From: Negaprion brevirostris
Lineage: Eukaryota
Assembly (NCBI GenBank): GCA_030324005.1
Contig: JARDVH010000160.1
Location: 28,052,967-28,116,966 of the forward strand
Length of the DNA stretch: 64,000 nt
Direction: 5' to 3'
How positions within the stretch are numbered: position 1 is the stretch's first letter; every line of letters begins with the position of its first letter. Positions 39,230 to 52,342 of the stretch are shown in pieces. The position numbers and the translations under genes are program-made. The notes beneath the pieces are model-generated. The model was not told the DNA's origin. It searched no databases and was given only the letters and a program-made list of their open reading frames with translations.

Positions 39230-39591
39230 TGAGCCAGTGGGAATAAGAGTGGTGCTGAAATATTGATGGCAACCTCACAGACATAAATTTTAAACAGCAA
39301 AATTATACATTGATATATGATTCAAAAACAATCATTTTAATGATTTTATAAATGTGACCACAGTAGTTGAAAGAGCATTTATGTTTTATCATGGTCCTCT
39401 TCTAGGCTACAATATTGAAGTGACGTCTAATATATATTATAATATATTTGTACTTACGTATGTTATATATTACTGAATTTCTTGTAATCTTTGCAGATGC
39501 TAGGAATAATGTAAGCTTCACAGCACATGCTCTTTCACAGTTTAAGTCTCCTTTGCTTGTCTTTGAGAGCAGCAGACGTTTGAGAGCAACA

Positions 39592-39902
39592 GGGGCAGCA
39601 CGGTGGCACAGCGATTAGCATTGTTGCCTCACAGCAATGCTATACAGTGCCAGGGACCCAGATTCAATTCCCAGCTTGGGTCATTGTCTGTGTGGAGTTT
39701 GCACATTCTCCCCTTGTCTGCATGGGTTTCCTCCGGGTGCTCCGGTTTTCTCCCACAGTCCAAAGATGTGCTGGTTAGGTGCATTGGCCATGCTAAATTC
39801 TCCCTCGGTGTACCCGAACAGGTGCCGGAGTGTGACGATTAGGGGATTTTTAGAGTAATTTCATTGCAGTGTTAATGTAAGCCTTGTGACTAATAAACTT
39901 TA
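39592..39902 (+). mobile_element. V-SINE, alternative-tail subfamily
   Basis: Head GGGGCAGCACGGTGGCACAGCG; tail TTCATTGCAGTGTTAATGTAAGCCTTGTGACTAATAAACTTT. Confidence 0.9.
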
Positions 39903-40079
39903 AGGACCTAGTTTGGTTCCTCTGTAGATCACATGGGATTTTAAAAGTTGTTCTGATATTTGATATAACCTTCACCTCGTTACATATCCCTCTAATAAAC
40001 ACTAATTAGGACCCTTAGACCATGATTTTTCCAAAAAATGACTAAGTGTCATAATAGCAAGAAAACCAGAGGGACCCAT

Positions 40080-40760
40080 GTGCCGGTCTGTCCAGCACAG
40101 GCTGGACCACAATTGTCCCACGCTTAGTTATTTTTGGTGAGCTGCACGCTGTTCTCGGAGGAGCAGGGCCTAAACACGCTGGTGAGCCCAGTTGCAAAGC
40201 GATTAGATGCCATTTTGAAAGTGAGGCTCAATCTCACAGTGCATTGGGAGACCCCCTCCTCCCCCCCACGGACATCAGGATACTGCCCCACCTGCTTGCC
40301 AATACAAATTGTTGGCATTGGTGGCCTCCCCATGGGTCCCCCTTCATGTCCTTGACATGCCCCCCCTTCACGACTCCCCTTTATACACTCCCCTTTATAC
40401 ACTCCCCATGACTCCCAACATGTATCCCCTTCATGATCCTCCCTCCTTTATGCCCTCCCATCATAGCCCCTGATGTGCCCCCTCCTTCATGACCACTATA
40501 ATAGCCCCTGCTCAGGTCCCAACCCCACAGGCTCCACTTCCTTGGCACTGCCCATGGCACATTGACAGTCGAAAGGGTTGGATGTATGACATCTTTGGTT
40601 GGGGTCCATTGGGCATTGAGTGCGGAACATAAGAAATTGGGAGATGAGGGAATTGGACAAGAGGCACTTGGGGCAGGAGTTAGACATCAGAAGTTGAGGC
40701 TGGGCAACTTGGACATCAACACTAGGAGGGTGAATTGGACATTACATTGAGGACAGCATA
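40080..40760. repeat. GC-rich repeat remnant with a C-rich low-complexity core
   Basis: Tandem CCCCTTTATACACT x2 and many CCCC-ATG units. Resembles internal regions of Harbinger-type MITEs; TIRs not identified. Confidence 0.4.
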
Positions 40761-43700
40761 GGCTTGGCCTATGATTAACTTGCCTTCTTATGTTTATTGT
40801 CTAAACTTGCATGTAAAGAAAGAACACTTGGACTAAAAGCAAGAGGATTGCTGATGATGTGGAACAATGTGCCAATGCCTTCAGGAGTGGATTCAAGAAG
40901 GGGGCTTTACAGTGACAGAATTAGCACAATACAGCTTTTTTAAAAAAAAACTTGAATATCACTTCTTGCAATATTTTTAAACAATTTTTGACTTGAAAAT
41001 TTATTTCTTGTTTTAACGTCTTAACAATCCTTATGTTAGATGAGATGAAAATGGTAAAATTGTGTAGGTTGCATTTATAAACCACTTAAAGTTGAGTGCC
41101 AAATTTCATTACCACAAACACATCATTTATTATTGGAATCAGTGGCTTTTATGTAGTTTTCTCTGGACAGTTAAAATTATGCATACTTTTAAACATCAAT
41201 AATTACGTAATTGCACAACTTGAAAATTCTTGAGACATTTACAAGAATAGATACAAACTTTTTTTTGTGTGGAATACACTGTGCAATAATCTATAAGGGA
41301 TTATTGAACATTCAGTAAATTGATCTAAAACTACAAGTTATTGTTACTAATCCCCCAAGGCAATGTTTTCATTCTTTGTGGTTAACACTTATTATACCCT
41401 ATTCCCTGTAGTCCAGCTGTCAGTAATACTTAATTGGAAGCAGTGGAGTGCATGACTTAATGGCTATATTTGACACTGATTGGTACTGAATAATACAGTA
41501 ATTGGAGTATTAGATGGTTCATCAAGTGGGAACTTCTGTGTCTGGGCAGTTGACTGATTTTACTTAAAAACAGATTTTCCTTTCTGGTTCCACAGTTTTC
41601 CATTGAAATACCTGGTTTCAGTTAATTTTGACATCTGTTTAATCCATTGTTTTGTCCTCTTAGGATTGTAGAAACAGAAAAGATTTTCCTGAAAACTGAT
41701 ACAATATGAATTAATATGATTTGACTTGTCAAATAAAATTTAAATACAAATGTAAGTGCTGAAAAAGACCACTTAAGTATTTTAGCTATTGGAGAAAACC
41801 AATTAACGATCAAAATGAAGTACAATAGATTTTTATTTGCAGTTTTATCAGTTAAGGTCCTGTTGTCACACACCCTGTTGTCGCTTACCATTATTGTCTT
41901 GTGCAAATATTCTGATCGCAGAAACAATATCACATGCATAACAATTCAAGAAAGTTTACTCGTGGTAAGTGCATTGCGTGCCAGAAGGGTCAGAAGGTTT
42001 CAGGATTCTTTTCAAGTTCCAAAATTTACTAGGCTCAATACAAAATAATTCAAGATATTGGCAGTTGGTAGATTACAGGTCTAATCACAGGGAATGAAAC
42101 ACACTTGGAGCTTCTGTTTGATCCCCTCAATTGGGCTATAGATACTGGTAATGCACTCACCATTCAGCTGTGTATTTGCACAGACTTAACTTTCCACATC
42201 TGCTGGCATTTTGGGGGAAAAAAGTCTAAAATACAGCCAATTTACAAGACTTCTTCATCATCAAGCAACTTTGTTTCAAGCAACAATTAAGTGTCATACA
42301 TCTTTGGTAAATTAGAATTATCCTTTGGTGATAATATGCTGATATGCATACCAGTTTTTGAAACACTGCCCATTTGTATCATTTGTTTGTGATGAATTGC
42401 AGTATTTTCTAGAATTTATTCTAATTTTAAGATGCAAATAATGAACAAATCCTGTTAAACTTATTAATCCATTCATCATATGCATTCAGTAAAATTAGTG
42501 TTTTTATAATCAGAAGAAAGGAACAGGTCAGTGGGCAATATTATACAAATAAAATTCATCAGTGTTTTCCAAAGGAAATTATGTGTTTAGAGAAGTCTTA
42601 AGTTGGTGCAGCATGAAGCAGTAATAGCATTAGATATTTCATTAATCTGAACGTAAATATATCTCCCTGCTTAAAATTGTGTTCCAAATTCCCAGCATGT
42701 AGAATATGTTTCTCTGGTTCAGATTAAATAGTTGGCTCACACCTCCGCAGTTGGTTCATGCTGTCAATTTATTCTGGTAGTTGGAGCAACTCCCTGCTGA
42801 CTGACCCAAGCTTGCATGCCTACAGTGGGTAACACACAAATTCCTGCGATTTTTGCTACTGCAAAGAGTTCAGACAGTTGTGGTTTTAATAATCGTTCAG
42901 GTTACTGCTATAGCTTAGTAATTGGGGTGGAAACTTTCTATTAGTCACTCCTTCACTTACTCGCTCTCTAACTTGGTTCAAGTTCCTACTTACAACAACT
43001 GTTGTAACTGTTATAAATGGAGCTATTTTTGTTGACTTGCTTGCCACTTATTTATGATCTATGTCAATTAAATAATAGCTTTTTTTCTGTTGTGTGTCTG
43101 CTCCTACCTTTCAGCAGTTATGATAAGAGCTCTTCGGGGATGTCAACTTTTCAACTGTTTTGCACAGAAATGAAAAATGAAAACCATGGTTATAAATACA
43201 CTTAATAAGTTACCATTTGAGAACATGTTATATAGAATTACATAGAAATTCATGAAATTAAATTAAGAACAGCTTCCCTGTACAGGCGAAAAATTCTACA
43301 AATAGCCCAATCTGCAATCTTTGGTGAATGGAAGAAAAATGTTGGAACAAAAACATATTCTCAGAGTGCACTTAAAAACGAAGAGGCTATAAGGCATAGT
43401 GGTTCAGCAATTGTGCCTCTGAGCTGGAAGTCCTATGTTTGGTCTGACCCCAAGACTTGAAAGGCCAATGAAGCTGCATTCGTAACAAGCAAATAAGTTG
43501 ATTATCAACCTACAGAACGTTCCGGCACATGCCCAGTGATGCGCAGTAAGAGTCACAATCCAAAGCTCCAGTTTGCAACATGCATATAAAAGTGTATGTT
43601 GCCACTGCAACTCAGACACCAAGTAACTGACCACCACCACACTTCTTAAAACAAAAAGGCTGTCTTTATTTGCACTACAACACTTCCTGCACATGTTCAC

Positions 43701-44049
43701 TTGTAGTTTCAATTTTAGCCAGTATTGGCTGCCAGCATTAAAACCTACAATTTGGCTTCTCACAAACTAAGAATAAAGGCCACGTTACCCATTTTTAGGT
43801 CTGTGTTTTAATGACCAATTGCAAACTCTTTTTACTTAGTCTGCATATCATTTGTCAGCTGTTCCCTCTTTAAGACATGTTTTGATGATTCAGTAAATGA
43901 TGGAGATATGTAATCCGGAAATTTCAGCAAATGAATTTCCAATTTCCAATGCAGAGAAATTATTGTAATATTCAGTTTAAGAACAGTTTTTAGTTACAGT
44001 CAGTTAGAAATGTATTCTAACCAAAATAGTGAATAAATCATTATCCAAT

Positions 44050-44211
44050 GGTTGGCATGGTAGCACGATGGTTAGCACTGCTGCGTCACGGCGCTGGAGA
44101 CCCTGCTTCAATTCTGGCCTCGGGTTATGGCAATAGAGCCTGGGTGGGATTGTGTTCAGTGCAAACTTGATGGGCTGTATGGCCTCCTTCTGCACTGTAG
44201 GGATTCTATGA
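44050..44211 (+). mobile_element. Internally deleted HE1 SINE (tRNA head joined to CR1 tail, no V-domain)
   Basis: The head up to TCAATTCTGGCCTCGGGT continues directly into TATGGCAATAGAGCCTGGGTGGGATTG...CTGTAGGGATTCTATGA. Confidence 0.8.
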
Positions 44212-44928
44212 ATGAGTGACGAATTCCAGTATCTAGCAACTGAACTGCCTGGGCTGTCTAGAAATTCTCTGCACAAAACCTTAATGTACTAGATCTAGTT
44301 TAAGAAGGTAGCACTCATATAAAATATCATTGAGATTGAGATCCCATCGCAGATTGGGACCTGGATGAATTGATGCTGGACCATTCTATGTGCTACAGTG
44401 AAATCAATGCCATTTCAAACATCTACCATCAACCAGCTAGTTGTCAGAAATAGGTGCGCATGCACCAGCAGCCGCACTATGTGCACGTGAAACAGTTCTT
44501 GACACCATTCTAGTTGGCAGCAGGAATTAGTGAAAATTTTAACCCATGTGTTTGGATTTTTGGTCATATTGTCATATATTCATCACTTGATATAAATACA
44601 TTATAGTTTGTGGTGAGGCCAGACAACATTATGTTTTTAAAGTCTGATGTGAAAGTTTAATAAGTGATGTGATTCATATTTTTGTGGGCAGCAAGAATTT
44701 CTGTAAATATTTTTGTTATTTGTGACACCTCACATACGCTGCAACTGAAATGCCTGTGAAAAGTAGTTTGAAATTGCTTGCAGAATGAAACCTCCCTCTA
44801 CGAAGCTCTGCAATCACCTGTGACTCTGATTTTACCTACAATTTCTTAGCATTGGTACAAAATGAAACCCCAATGCCACATTGTAATATACACCTATATT
44901 GTAAAATTAGTAAATTAGAAAACTTTCT

Positions 44929-45202
44929 AAAAGTTTATTTATTAGTCACAAGTAGGCTTAGATTAACACTGCAATGAAGTTACTGTGAAATTCCCCCAGT
45001 TGCCACCTGCAGGCGCCTGTTTGGGTCAATGCACCTAACCATCGTGTCTTTCAGAATGTGGGAGGAAACTAAAGCACCCGGAGGAAACCCACGCAGACAT
45101 GGGGAGAATTTGCAAACTCCACGCAGACAGTGACACAAGCCAGGAATCAAACCCGGGTTCCTGGCGCTGTGAAGTGGCAGCCCTAGCCATTGTGCTACCG
45201 GC
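44929..45202 (-). mobile_element. V-SINE, alternative-tail subfamily
   Basis: AAAGTTTATTTATTAGTCACAAGTAGGC...GGAGGAAACCCACGCAGAC...CCTGGCGCTGTGA. Confidence 0.9.
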
Positions 45203-47176
45203 AACTTAGAGCTGTTTTGTGAATTAGACCCTGAACTGAATTTAGTTTAGCCCCAGGATGAATTGGATGGTGGTGGGACCATCTGAATTCCATGAAGTTC
45301 TCCAGTTGACTACCTGCCACTGCTACTTCTTCAGCTGAAGGGACACTTGCACATTAAATAATAAACTGGCAAATCCATTTAGTGCTACACTGAATAAAGT
45401 GAATTAACTTTCAACATATCTGGTAGTCTTTGTTTTATGTGCAAAATAGAAACTCTGAAGAAGTAACACAAATCAAATGTTTGCAGTTCTCAACAAAGCA
45501 AAACAAGTTGAGCAAAAGACATCAATAATTGTGAGTATCCAGTGTATTTAGTAGGGAGTGCTTATGCTCAGTTGTTCATTATTGGGTTTGAAACTGCTCA
45601 ATCTCATTTCATACAGAACCCTTTTTGTTGACAGTGAGGGGAGATATTAATGCTGTCTCTCTGGGCTGCATTCATTGACAGATCCTGGAGGTAAGAGGGC
45701 AGTGCACTAGCTCTCACTGTCACTGAAGCCCGAGCATTGTAAGTTCTTTTTTTTCCAAAAATGGGAAATTGCATATTATGCACTTTCACGGTTAGTGGAT
45801 CAATTGATATAAGAGCAAATGAAAAGCAATTTCACTAACTTTCTCCCGAGCAGACTTTCACTTTGGGATATGCCATTTAACTAAAGGAAAAAGCTAATTT
45901 AGTTTCTGCTGGACAGAAAGGGGAGTAAGTGCAGGTTGCGATTCAAAAGAAAGAAAGAATAATAGTTAGCCTAGTTAGGATATTACACTAGCTGATACTG
46001 TTTGGCAGTGGAATTTCCTTTACATGCCAAGAACTCAAGCTTTTAAATCACACCTATGGTATAAACTCAGAAAGGTAAAATTTATTTGATCTCCATTTAT
46101 CTTTGCGTTGGTTTAAAGGTTGATGCCTGTGTAACTCAGAACCATTTTAATAGATACACACTTTGGAACATAACTTCCCAGCTCCCCGGTATCAGATCTG
46201 GGGACAACCCCAAAGTTGGCTCTTTGGGGGTTCCCATGTAGGCTTCACCTGACAATTGTCCTAAAGGACCAACTTCACCTGGACAATTGGAAACCATCCG
46301 ACAAAGTGATCTAACGCTGATGGTTAGAAGAAAAATACTTCTAACTTCATAGTAGCTATTTTAAACGTCCTGACCAAACCCCTCAGGTAAGTTGCTATAG
46401 AATGGCAGTCTGCCAGTGATTTCCACTCTGAGGATGTTAACNNNNNATTATTTTCATGTGAACATGAACAGATCAATACCAGTATAAATTGCCAGCTTGC
46501 AACTGAATTTCCTTCTTCCCTTTCCATATACAACTTCATTTCCAATGCTACTATTACATTCTCTCTGGATTCAGTTCAGATTCTCCCCTGAACGCTTCAG
46601 AAACCTGTGTACGCCATGAACATTTAGTTTCAAATGTACTATTCACACACACACAAAAAATTTTTGTTTTGTAAATTCTGTGAATCTACTGAGTTTGCTT
46701 TGTGTTCAGGTCATTGATAAATGCACACTGTGGCACCGGGTTCCAGTCTAATGAGGCATAGATCTGGCTTTGCTGTAAAACAAAGTAATAAAAGCTTCAG
46801 TTATAACACTGAGAATTCAGCTGTTTATGCAAAATTTATTAAACACCTTCACAAATGGACACTGGGCATGATTAAGAACGTGCAAATGAAATTCTTACTG
46901 ATTTTGTTCAGAGTAATCGTGAACACCAGTAGATTGCTGATAGTATAAGCAACTTTTGTAGAGCGAGTCTAGTCTACACCAACAGTAAATGCGCAGAAAA
47001 GCCAATCTCCCATCTTAAATAATCCCAAAACACATGCTTATGACTGCAACACAAAAATTTGATTTATAGCATATTTGATGTATCTGTGTTCCATACTATA
47101 GTAACATATTTGAGCAAAATAATTCTGATCTGCAAAATAATCAGTGCACTACTGAATGCATAGGTGTGTTTACTAA

Positions 47177-47383
<207 letters not shown>

Positions 47384-47659
47384 TAAAAATAACCTAATTA
47401 AAAAACAAGGGCTGAGCCAGATCATAGATTATCATAGGATAAGAACCACTCTTATAGTGAGCAAGCTGAACATTTAATTGAATTTCTTTGTCCCAAAGTG
47501 AAACACCACGTGAAACTTTGTAGTAACTCAGTCAAGATTCCAAATGTGTACTGTCTGGGGGCGAGACTATACCAGTGGGCTTCCTTTTTCTAATTTTTAT
47601 CAAATGTATGTGGGGCTTTGCAGATCAGTGAATATGACAAAAGATGCAAAACCTCGGTG

Positions 47660-48302
47660 GCTAACAAGTGCCCTACTGAGGGAACGCTGCAGTGTTAGAG
47701 GTGCTGTTCTTTAGATGAGACATTAAATCGAGATCCTGTCTGTCATTCAGATCAATATAAAAGACCAAAGAGTATGCGAGGTCTTCTGGCCAACATTTAT
47801 CTTTCAACCAGCACCACCAAAATCAAATGGAGAGAATAAAAAATTGCATTTATGGAATGACTTTCACAGTCTTAGCACTTCATTGCCAATGTAGGAGTCA
47901 ATTTACACCAGTGAGAAATGTGATAAAGTGTTATGTGAGGGATAAGAGTTGACCAGAACATTGGGTTCACTTTCAAAAAATCTCCTACACTTAACCGGGG
48001 CCATTGAACAGTGCCTTGTTTAAAATCTGAGTGACAGCATTGTTGACATGCAGTACTTCATTAAAGTAAGTGCCACTAACACGTTCAAATCTCTGGAATG
48101 GAGCAAGATACCAATTGTACTACAACTGACCTGATCTTGCAGCCACTGACTGGTTGTTTACGTCATTGCTTATTGGACTGTAATGTCCACAAATTGTTTG
48201 ATATGTCTCCTTACATAACATTAAAGACTATGCTTCAAAATAGTTAATTATTTATGAATAAAAGTCCAGAGGAGATAAAAGATGCGATGGTGAATGCAAG
48301 TC
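47660..48302 (+). mobile_element. DeuSINE (SacSINE1/AmnSINE1-like), split by an antiparallel DeuSINE copy at ~47844-48140
   Basis: Deu-domain CTACTGAGGGAACGCTGCAGTGTTAGAGGTGCTGTTCTTTAGATGAGACATTAAATCGAG...TGGCCAACATTTATC. The tail resumes at ~48145 and ends AAAGATGCGATGGTGAATGCAAGTC. Confidence 0.7.
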
Positions 48303-48573
48303 CATACTTACTTCTGCAACAGAAGTAATACTGTTGTGATACTGAGTGAATTTGTTATTTGGAATCTGGGTCCATCCAATCGAAAAGATCACATTCATGC
48401 CTCCTTTTCTAAACCAGCTTCACATGCAATGGGAAGTAGTCAGAATTGCTCTGCATTTCATACCACCGTGAAGTTAGTTTGTGTTCAGTTTCAGTTATTA
48501 ATGTTGGAGTTCATAAACCTGCAAAACGCAGTAAAGCTGAAGGTAAAATGATGTATTTTTGTGTTTTTTATAG

Positions 48574-48684
48574 TTAATATCAGAATCCAAGCAAATTAAA
48601 GTAGAAATTAAGACAGAACCATTGAATGAGCAGGTACTCATGTACATGACAGAGTTGGGTTTGGAAAGAGAACGCACACTACAG
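48574..48684 (+). CDS. SIK3: SIK3 coding exon (exon 8 equivalent), linker and N-terminal half of UBA domain
   Basis: Flanked by ttttttatag and GTATTG; 111 nt, phase 0-0. Reads LISESKQIKVEIKTEPLNEQVLMYMTELGLERERTLQ, aligning to human [37 protein letters not shown]. Confidence 0.93.
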
Positions 48685-49046
48685 GTATTGTGAACGTCTT
48701 ATGATCTTAATTTATATGTTGTATATTTATTGTCTTGTGTATATATGTTGCAAAATTATTTCTGTTTTATTTCAATTTCAAATCTATTTTTGGTTTGTTC
48801 ATGATGATTAACAATTCTTACATGTGTCAGTATTGGTTTTCTGATTGTAAGATTAATAGCACCCTATGTGTAAAGAATGGGATATCATTGGTGCCATTTT
48901 CATTAGAAAACCCAAACTGTTCTGTGAAATGTAGAGTGCCTGTATTGTGTAATTGATCTAGTTCTGAGTACCAGGCAGCTGCGTGTTGCTGTCGAATCCA
49001 ATCTCTGTATGCTTCAGTTTGACTTTGAATTTAATTTTATTTCTAG

Positions 49047-49190
49047 TCGTTGAAGACAGATGCCTATGATCACTTTAGTGCAATATACAGCCTGCTGTGT
49101 GACAAGCTAAAACGGCACAAGACATTACGCATCTCCGCACCTCCTAGTGTGCCTCGCACTATGCCCTTTCAGTCACCTGCAAATGTCCAG
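49047..49190 (+). CDS. SIK3: SIK3 coding exon (exon 9 equivalent), C-terminal half of UBA domain
   Basis: Flanked by ttctag and GTAATG; 144 nt, phase 0-0. Reads SLKTDAYDHFSAIYSLLCDKLKRHKTLRISAPPSVPRTMPFQSPANVQ. Confidence 0.96.
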
Positions 49191-49414
49191 GTAATGTATC
49201 AGCGATGTCCATGCAATTGTCGACTAATGTTATTGAATGTTAAATATGTCATCCAGAAAATGCACGATGGAACAATTGTCATGCAGTACAGAACATTTTG
49301 CTGACTCCTGTTAATGACTTTCAGAAAAGTACTCGTTTGCCATCTTTCTTAAGCTATAAATATCTTGAGAATTCTGACCAGGCATTTCAGTTCCTCAAGC
49401 ACTAAGAATTAGCT

Positions 49415-49732
49415 AAGAGGAGAGAATCTGATCCTGATGCGGGGGGAAGGGCAGGGGGGTGAAACACCTGATGATGTAGGATGGCCAGGATGAAGCAAAC
49501 CAGCCTCCTGGCCAAATAATTAGTGCTGTGAAGGCACTTCGCTTCTCCCCAAGGCTTTCTTCACCTTGCTGCAGCTGCCTGATTTCCCAAGGTTGATGGA
49601 AACCTGACTGGCCATGACTAAAATTACAAAGTAGGTTAAATCCGAGACTTCTAGCTTCAGTAACATAATTCTTCCTCCACCCCCTTCCCTCCCTATTTAC
49701 CCTCAATTCCACTCATGTTAAATCCACCTTCT
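49415..49732. mobile_element. Harbinger-type MITE remnant
   Basis: GC-rich island with a CTGCCTGATTTCCCAAGGTTG..GGAAACCTG core and a GTTAAATCCACC end. Confidence 0.35.
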
Positions 49733-50160
49733 GCCAAGTTGTTTTTGTGAATAGTTTATTGGGAAATGCTACATTCTGCCACAATGCACAAATGGTTTGA
49801 GTTTGAAGTACGTTTACTTCTGAAATTGAGACAAATGTCCCAGAAAACAGTATGGAATATACAGCAGAAGGTTAATTATTTCAGCTCATGCTCTAGATCA
49901 GGTGTAAGGATGAAGACCAATTGAACAGATTACTTTAGCTCTTGTTGTGGTCTAGCCACTGATCTCACTTCACGTAAAGGCCTAATAAGGATTGGCTGCA
50001 AAAGGAGAGTGGGAGAGTGACACTTGTATAGATTTTTGTTTGAATGTCACTCCTTCATTTTTCTAATATACCTTAAAAAAGGTAAACATAGGCTAGTTGT
50101 GCTTAGCTTCAATAAAAGGGCTGTGACTGGTACTTCATGAATGCCAAACAGTTAAATCAA

Positions 50161-50473
50161 GAGGCATGATGGCACAGTGGTTAACACTGCTGCCTCAGAG
50201 AGCCAGGGACCTGGGTTCGATTCTCGGCTTGGGTCAGTGTCTGTGTGGAGTCTGCACGTTCTCCCTGTGTCTGTGTGGGTGTGCTTCAGGTGCCCCTGTT
50301 TCCTCCCATAGTCCAAACGATGTGCTGATTAGGTGCATTGGCCATGCTAAATTCTCCCGCAGTCTACCTGAACAGGTGCCAGAGTGTGGCGACAAGGGGA
50401 TTTTCACAGTAACTTCATTGTGATGTTAACATAAGCCTACTTGTGACAATAATTAAACTTTAAAACTTTAAAC
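50161..50473 (+). mobile_element. V-SINE, alternative-tail subfamily
   Basis: Head TGGCACAGTGGTTAACACTGCTGCCTCA; tail CTACTTGTGACAATAATTAAACTTTAAAACTTTAAAC. Confidence 0.9.
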
Positions 50474-50990
50474 TAATTGTTTAGTGTAAATTCTGATAAT
50501 TAAAGAAAAGCGGTTTTGAAGAACTTTTGACACGGGTTAATTATGAAAGTTATTTCAGGTGTTTACATTACTTATTTTTAAAAATTGTAGATTTATAATC
50601 CTGCCACCCTTTAATCCTCTTAGAGTAATATCCTAAACCTCTAATTTTGCTAGAAAATAATGGTGTTCACTTCTGCTTTTGATCAAGATGTATGCTTCTT
50701 TGAATTAGAGAATATTTTAAAAATTTCATCTTGATAAATATTGATACACAACCCAATCAATTAACTAATTTATTGCGATCATTTTGGTTTGCTTTTCTTC
50801 CTCTAATCCCCTGCATATTATGTAAATGAGAGGATGGCTAGCTAATTTTGCCTTAGCACTGTCTTATGTTCATACTGTTCTTGAAAGGGACACCAAGTGG
50901 TTTATAACCAGCAGAGGATAAGAGTTAGATTTTTTCCTCCTTCTCAACAGAGAACAAACTAACATGTTGGTTATTTCATTGTGAAGATTT

Positions 50991-51309
50991 ATAGAATCCA
51001 TAGAATTGTAGAATCCCTATAGTGCAGAAGGAGCCATTTGACCCATCGAATCTAAACTGACCACAATCCCACCCCAGGCCCTATCCCCATAACCCCACTA
51101 ATTCCTCTAACCTACACATCCTGGGACACTAAGGGGTAATTTAGCATGCCAATGCACCTTACCCGCACATCTTTGGACTGTGGGAGGAAATGGGAGCACC
51201 AGGAGGAAACCTATGCAGACACAGGGAGAACATGCAAATTCAACACAGACAATGACCCAAGCCTGGAATCAAACCCAGGTCCCTCGCGCTGTGAGACAGC
51301 AGTGCTAAT
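50991..51309 (-). mobile_element. HE1/V-SINE, CR1-type tail
   Basis: (ATAGAATC)n-like tail, then AGTGCAGAAGGAG.CCATT, V-domain and CTGTGAGACAGCAGTGCTAA. Confidence 0.9.
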
Positions 51310-51351
51310 GATGACCCATTCAGCTGAGATCAGAAATTTGATTTGTTGAGT

Positions 51352-51386
51352 AGGGCCAAGTTATGAGGCCAAGTTATGAGGCCAAG
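51352..51386. repeat. 13-bp tandem repeat (~2.5 copies)
   Basis: GGCCAAGTTATGA GGCCAAGTTATGA GGCCAAG. Confidence 0.85.
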
Positions 51387-52342
51387 GCAGCTAACTGGTC
51401 TTTTCTGCCATGTGAGATGTGATGTAATTGAATTCTGCATATCTGATATGTTAAAATGCAAACTTAAATCATTTTATTACAGGAAAATGAGGTACAGTGT
51501 GCATACACTGAATGAATGAATACCAGTAATACTTCAGAGAATGTATGAAATTAAGTTACTCAAATTATGTATCAACCATCCTAATTATGTGTCTTACTGT
51601 TCCATGGCACAGTGTGTTAGCACAACAATACCTTGTGTTTTTGCTTCTTTAGACAAAAAAAACATTGTGCAACAAACCATCAAAGCTTGTACACAATAGA
51701 CACAACCGAGAGAACAATAAGCAATCTATTTAAGAGAGGGAGGTGCAGCTATCAATAGTGACATTTGCAACGGTTTTAACTGGTTGAAGTAATATTTTGG
51801 GATGAATTGCATGGGACCTGCAAAGGGGGAAGGAGCACAGGAGGGCAGAAAGTAGCAAGGGAAGGCATGGTGGCAAGGGCCTGTTATCTTCCAGCTGCCA
51901 TGTCATTTTGCCAGTGATAAGAATAGGAGAATGGCTCTACTATCCAGAGACCAATTCTGCTGCCCAAATGGCCAGTTATGGGTGTCTTTCCACTGCTCCT
52001 TGCATTTTACCAGTGGTACATGGGGAGGCCACCTGGTGAATCCTGGCGGCCTTTTGTAGGGAAGGTAGGCTCTTAATTGTGCACTGTTAGGCCCTCACAG
52101 GCCACACTCATCCCACAACCAGCAGCAATGGCTGTCCCCATTACAACTGTGCCTCTAACTCCCTGCCGCACCAACCAATCCACTTGCCCCTTCCTCACTG
52201 AGTCTGTCTTATTGATCCCAGTGACCACCCCAACCCACTTACCTTGCTGAGAAGGTGGCATCTGTCACTGCATCCTGTCAGCTAGGTGCCATCCCAAAGT
52301 GGCCACCACTTCAGGTGGCACCGCTGGAACTGAAGAGTTTAT

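Noticed and set aside
46381-46392. Perfect donor CAG|GTAAGT in intron 6
   Set aside because: No convincing nearby acceptor, and the context is repeat-like next to a gap; likely chance.
51352-51386. Short direct repeats as a possible CRISPR-like array
   Set aside because: There are no spacers; it is a simple tandem duplication in vertebrate DNA.
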